Source: an uncultured virus (IMG/VR IMGVR_UViG_3300020197_000011)
Lineage: Duplodnaviria; Heunggongvirae; Uroviricota; Caudoviricetes
Strand: one strand, 5' to 3'
IMG/VR virus record: IMGVR_UViG_3300020197_000011
Length of the DNA: 20,000 nt
The notes under the pieces were generated by a model that saw nothing but the letters and a program-made list of their open reading frames with translations, searched no databases and was not told where the DNA came from. The translations under genes were made by a program, and so were the position numbers. The stretch's first letter is position 1, and every line of letters starts with the position of its first letter. Positions 17,801-20,000 of the stretch are shown here, in pieces.

Positions 17801-20000
17801 TCATTGTCCGTTATAATCTCAGTTTTAACCGATTCATTATTCAATAAATCTGCTGCTTCTAACCTATAATATAAAACATTAGGAAAATTATCATTAGTTC
17901 TTAAAGTTACTTTTGCTAAAGAACTAATGCCAATACTTCCAGATTTTACAACTTCAAATGTATTATTAGTTCCAGTGGATTCAAATTTATTTAAAAATTC
18001 AGAATCTGTGTAAAAATTTAAATTAAATGCTGGATAGTTTTGTCCGCCTTTTGTAAATGATAATGATGAATCTGAAACATCAAAAACTAAATTATTATTT
18101 TTTGTTAATTTAATTGGCGGATTAATTTCGGAAATTGTTCCCGAACCCGCTGTGGTGATGCCAACAAAACTTGGATTTGTTTTTGTTGACTCGTAAAATG
18201 AATTTGAAAGTTTAATTTCATTATCATTAACAACTACAACATAATAAACTTGTTCACTCAATAATCCTCCAGAAAGTGCAGTTGTTGCTGTGTGGAGAAT
18301 CTTTTGTCCCGTAAAATAACGATGATTGGGAATATTAATAGTATCATTTATGACATTTACATCTCCTGCTACAAATTCTCTAGGATTTGCAATTAATCTA
18401 CGATTATAATTGTCATATTTCAACACAACCGTAGTAGTTATTCCTGGTTTTACCGAAATAACAACATTGTCCTCAGTTAAAAGTCCATGAGTAGAGGAAG
18501 TTGATACAGTAACTGTATTTTTGCTAATTTGTCCAGTTAATATATTTGAATAGTTAGTTGTTAAACTATGCGTATCTCCAGTTCCAACATTTGTAAAGTA
18601 TAATAGATTAGTTGATGTACTTCCAATTCCAACAAAAATTCCAGTAGATCCTAAACCAACTTTAATAGTAGAAATGCCAATTAAGTCATCTGATAATTTA
18701 GCAGCATAAACAATTTGATTATCTAAAAGTTGAAAACTTGAAATACCATCAGTAGAAACAGAAACCGCTGTTCCACCATTTGAAGAATATACCAATTCCA
18801 ATCCAGTTAGTAATCTGTGATTTGGTAAGTAAATTGACTGGGTTGGAACATTGATTTGCGTAATTCCAACTCCAGGATTTGTGAATGTTAAAGTGTATCC
18901 AATTCCAGGGCCAGAAGTTGTTCCAAGTCCGACAGATTCTTCTGGATTAAAATAAAATTCGGTATTTAAATCATATTGATATGATGTGGATAATCCGATA
19001 TTAATTTCAAATTTTCTAGAATTTTCAGTTAAAGCTATTCCAGCACTATATGTAGAAACTCCAAGAGTTCCATTTTGATTTCTAAGAACTCTAATTCTTG
19101 AAGAATTTGTATCAATATTGAGAACTCTAACCTGTTCAGTTAAAATTTGATATATGTCATTCTCTTTTATTGAAGGATAAGTTAAAGATCCAGAAACTTC
19201 AAAATAAGTAACAAGTCCAGTGTACCCTACAGATCCAATTCCACTTACTAGTGTGAGTTTATTGGGTGTAACTGTAATCTTTCCAGATTGTTCTGAATCA
19301 TTTAATGAACTAAAGGTAACAATTTCATTTGTAAGTAAATTGTGAGGTGATGTTGCAAATCCAATAAGTGCATTTGGTTTATTAAACGGCACAAATTCAA
19401 TATTTGAAATTGTTGATGTTGCAACGCTAACTTGAGATACTGTTTTTCCTTTAACTGAAGAAACTTTTGCAATTACTCCCGCACCACCAGTATTTGAATT
19501 ATCAAAACCAATTTGATCACCTACTTGATAATTATTTCCACCAGTTACAATACCTATTGAGTCAACTACTCCTCTTGAACTATTCTTAACAATAGAAAGT
19601 TGCTTTTTAATAGAGTTTGGATTTAAAAGGTAATCATAATAACTTCTGGATTTAGTTGCATTATATGGTGTAGTATTTCTAATCCATTTTGTTTCATTTA
19701 AATCAATATCATCTTGATTTGATGTTTTAATGAAGTTAAATTCAATTGGAGTTGATTTGTAAGTATTACCGATCAGATATGGAAATACTGGTTTTCTATA
19801 ATTTTGGAATGGGCCAACCGATTCAAGATATTGTGAGTTTACTGTGGAGAAATAAGCATAAACTCCATTTGGATAATCTGGAGTGATGCAGAATCTTCCA
19901 TTATGCTCATCCAAATCTCCACTGTTTGTAAATTCATAATCGTTAACAAAAATACCTAAAGGATAAGTAGATGTGCTTGGCCTTCCGGGTTTTGAAACCA
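11803..20000 (-). CDS. gp7: Giant baseplate wedge initiator (gp7-like), 5' part outside the window
   Basis: The frame stays open beyond the track's TTG at 19914 up to the window edge (VSKPGRPSTSTYPLGIFVNDYEFTNSGDLDEHNGRFC...), so the protein is >2730 aa. It contains the gp7-type motif RIHDNDYYQYFSYSLKS...W.DPVSSLNHTAGFKKF and lies immediately upstream of gp8. Confidence 0.85.
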   Translation of the reverse strand, partial: VSKPGRPSTSTYPLGIFVNDYEFTNSGDLDEHNGRFCITPDYPNGVYAYFSTVNSQYLESVGPFQNYRKPVFPYLIGNTYKSTPIEFNFIKTSNQDDIDLNETKWIRNTTPYNATKSRSYYDYLLNPNSIKKQLSIVKNSSRGVVDSIGIVTGGNNYQVGDQIGFDNSNTGGAGVIAKVSSVKGKTVSQVSVATSTISNIEFVPFNKPNALIGFATSPHNLLTNEIVTFSSLNDSEQSGKITVTPNKLTLVSGIGSVGYTGLVTYFEVSGSLTYPSIKENDIYQILTEQVRVLNIDTNSSRIRVLRNQNGTLGVSTYSAGIALTENSRKFEINIGLSTSYQYDLNTEFYFNPEESVGLGTTSGPGIGYTLTFTNPGVGITQINVPTQSIYLPNHRLLTGLELVYSSNGGTAVSVSTDGISSFQLLDNQIVYAAKLSDDLIGISTIKVGLGSTGIFVGIGSTSTNLLYFTNVGTGDTHSLTTNYSNILTGQISKNTVTVSTSSTHGLLTEDNVVISVKPGITTTVVLKYDNYNRRLIANPREFVAGDVNVINDTINIPNHRYFTGQKILHTATTALSGGLLSEQVYYVVVVNDNEIKLSNSFYESTKTNPSFVGITTAGSGTISEINPPIKLTKNNNLVFDVSDSSLSFTKGGQNYPAFNLNFYTDSEFLNKFESTGTNNTFEVVKSGSIGISSLAKVTLRTNDNFPNVLYYRLEAADLLNNESVKTEIITDNEVVNYNQILLVDSIYNGLHNIFQNSSTSFTYTTSSTPEKSEYTSSEAIIEYTTDSKTVYGTISSIELNSKGRNYKKIPKVSFIKSTFGNNAILKVNSSSIGLINKIEIQDIGFDYPSDLTVRPSAKLPDVLQIENLSSFKSIGISSVGRNYTLAPDLLVIDGITNQTINDVDLEYDLDNQSVTILKNTKSLSNATPTILPVNNINGVGISTIRFIESTKDVIVTLGSSFSNASDFPFGIGDKVLIEGIGVGIATTARGYNSSGYNYALFAIVNTDPNIGGIGATVSYNLTSYLSAGQIPGTFDPLNSAGRIIPQSHFPIFDIEIEPNEFSVGENVYSNSSLGVVQEWDELNGNLKVATNKDFIANEILIGQSSGTKALINNVIKADSVYNVGSGSTVRKGWNTETGFLNNDLQRIHDNDYYQYFSYSLKSEVEIETWNDPVSSLNHTAGFKKFSDLLLNSSPSIYSGISTSQDNGDVSGIADLTRNVSLNCTYDFDLASERIINISGNFASNEIVLNSQVVQDYLESIGNRVLVVDDLGNQFNSNPRPTKFSVVDTFLTSAHRYKKYIASIFDTFDTNERETLIISMLHDDGGNAYLNQYGRVETVHDLGSFDFNISGTDGQLLFFPKQFALNNYDISLSSYGIGDIASGIATCNLGDVVKIQSSTTLVSIGTSTATTIVGIASTYRSTKVLILFTASDESYFEVDEITLIHDNTNVELLEYGQLTTDTLQPDGIPGLGTYSAYISGSTLNIDFTPNVGLSTDYNVNTIQVSIANTNSVGVGTSTILDTQLSSNFVSIASSTSPTATVVSQFNLDDYTSAYYIVSIEDTTNNQYQTEEIIGISEGSNAYITEFGTLTTNSYLGDFSADLSGNNYQLKFTPNANIDCQVRVFEHLVSHVHNLSLDSEIDLELANIEGDYGSYSGTDIDIKKSFPLTYKELSIFERYVLGNDSSIVDLSLNAIKVPNHFFVTGEKISYTYDDSGAGTLNAIGISTTSIVGIGTTDKLPTDLYVVKVNDLYVRVAASASEALSVPPSVLTLSSVGIGTSHVLRSLNQNNKALISIDNVIQSPIVSTAITTTISTYVSATDTQITLSGITSFFGGDLIKIDNEIMKISSIGIGFTNAVVVERPLLGTGVATHAQNSIITKVLGNYNITNNTIHFVTAPYGLVPFSNPSNRADEQDYVGLTTGSTFSGRVFTKSGVPQTSNEPYYNNYIFDDISSQFNGSDKTFTLQTNNSNVTGFSTSNAVVLINQIFQGPARDGANPIIGDYDLSEQSGITSITFTGTGISTDYDVNTASIPRGGIIVSVASTEGFGYQPLVAAGGTAIVSIAGTIESISIGNSGSGYRSGIQTHVNVGVITESTGIVNIEYIGIATISDGHVIGVAITNPGIGYTSSNPPIVVFDDPLSYSNIPLIYSSSSVLGVGTGAVVDIVVGQGSSVINFEIRNTGYSYGQGEILTVATGGSTGIPTDTALTFEEFQIAIDRTQTDSFFGMTIGDLQVLDPIDNLFDGELKTFPLKIDGLQTTIRARKGSNIDIQATLLVFINDILQVPGNGYTFDGGSTITFPEPPKPGDISKLLFYKGNGDIDVITVDILETIKEGDTVQLYDDSIDLTQNKRLVTQINSTDIIQTNAYYKPGLTQDSTLLRPLIWCRQTEDKIINGVGVGKDRISYEPLIQPTTNIIQNVGISSDEIFVESVKTFFDHAKEYDSSSKLPRKLILIDQDIIVGGIATALVSIAGTISSIVISDGGVGYTTTPTVTISDPIGIGTTRATATATISSGSVTSISIDYPGYGYTTTNPPSVLIEQPPPKYEIIDNVSYEGDFGIIVGVNSTSVGVASTGIVFDFFIPQDSFLRDLNINTVGIATTGVSGIQTGYYFIIDNSNIGYGVTSLRQDGSVVGLGSTFIDNIYEVASVSIAQTDVAGVGLTYVAQVTVSLDSYNGLSGFGFSSFYGEYSWGRLSSFVRLDPKEFTIYNNGILGISTSPTIQRVNPLKYRNYNT
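15125..16150 (-). repeat. Three tandem ~110-aa degenerate domains in the gp7-like protein
   Basis: HRYKKYIASI...ISMLHDDGGNAYLNQYGRV...LGSFD...LLFFP; YRSTKVLIL...EITLIHDNTNVELLEYGQL...LGTYS...IDFTP; YTSAYYIVSI...EIIGISEGSNAYITEFGTL...LGDFS...LKFTP. Confidence 0.8.

Noticed and set aside
19912..19914. ORF-track start of the gp7-like gene at TTG 19914
   Set aside because: The frame is open to the window edge and the TTG is the Leu of the GDLDE motif; the real start is upstream of the window.
1..20000. Inteins, introns, homing endonucleases, tRNAs, CRISPR arrays, intrinsic terminators
   Set aside because: No C...HN intein ends or LAGLIDADG/HNH/GIY-YIG motifs noticed; all frames are continuous; the largest intergenic gap is 20 nt, leaving no room for RNA genes or arrays.

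Overview
AT-rich, almost fully coding, minus-strand segment of the virion-structure (baseplate/neck) module of a T4-like myovirus. Gene content and protein sizes fit a cyanophage (Kyanoviridae-type). In transcription order (right to left): 3' part of a giant gp7-like baseplate wedge initiator (>2730 aa, starts beyond the right edge), gp8 baseplate wedge (517 aa), a 2539-aa DUF4815/VrlC-like structural protein, a ~75-aa coiled-coil protein, a 54-aa ORF missed by the ORF track that resembles the phycobilisome-degradation adaptor NblA, gp13 neck protein (281 aa), and an enlarged gp14 neck protein (>458 aa, not in the ORF track, runs just off the left edge). No RNA genes, CRISPR arrays, mobile elements or inteins were seen. 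Two observations stand out: the NblA-like gene wedged into the late operon and coupled to gp13, and two Trp/Tyr/Gly-rich loops on Ser/Thr-rich stalks in the giant structural protein. Family assignments come from recalled motifs and gene order, not from database searches.
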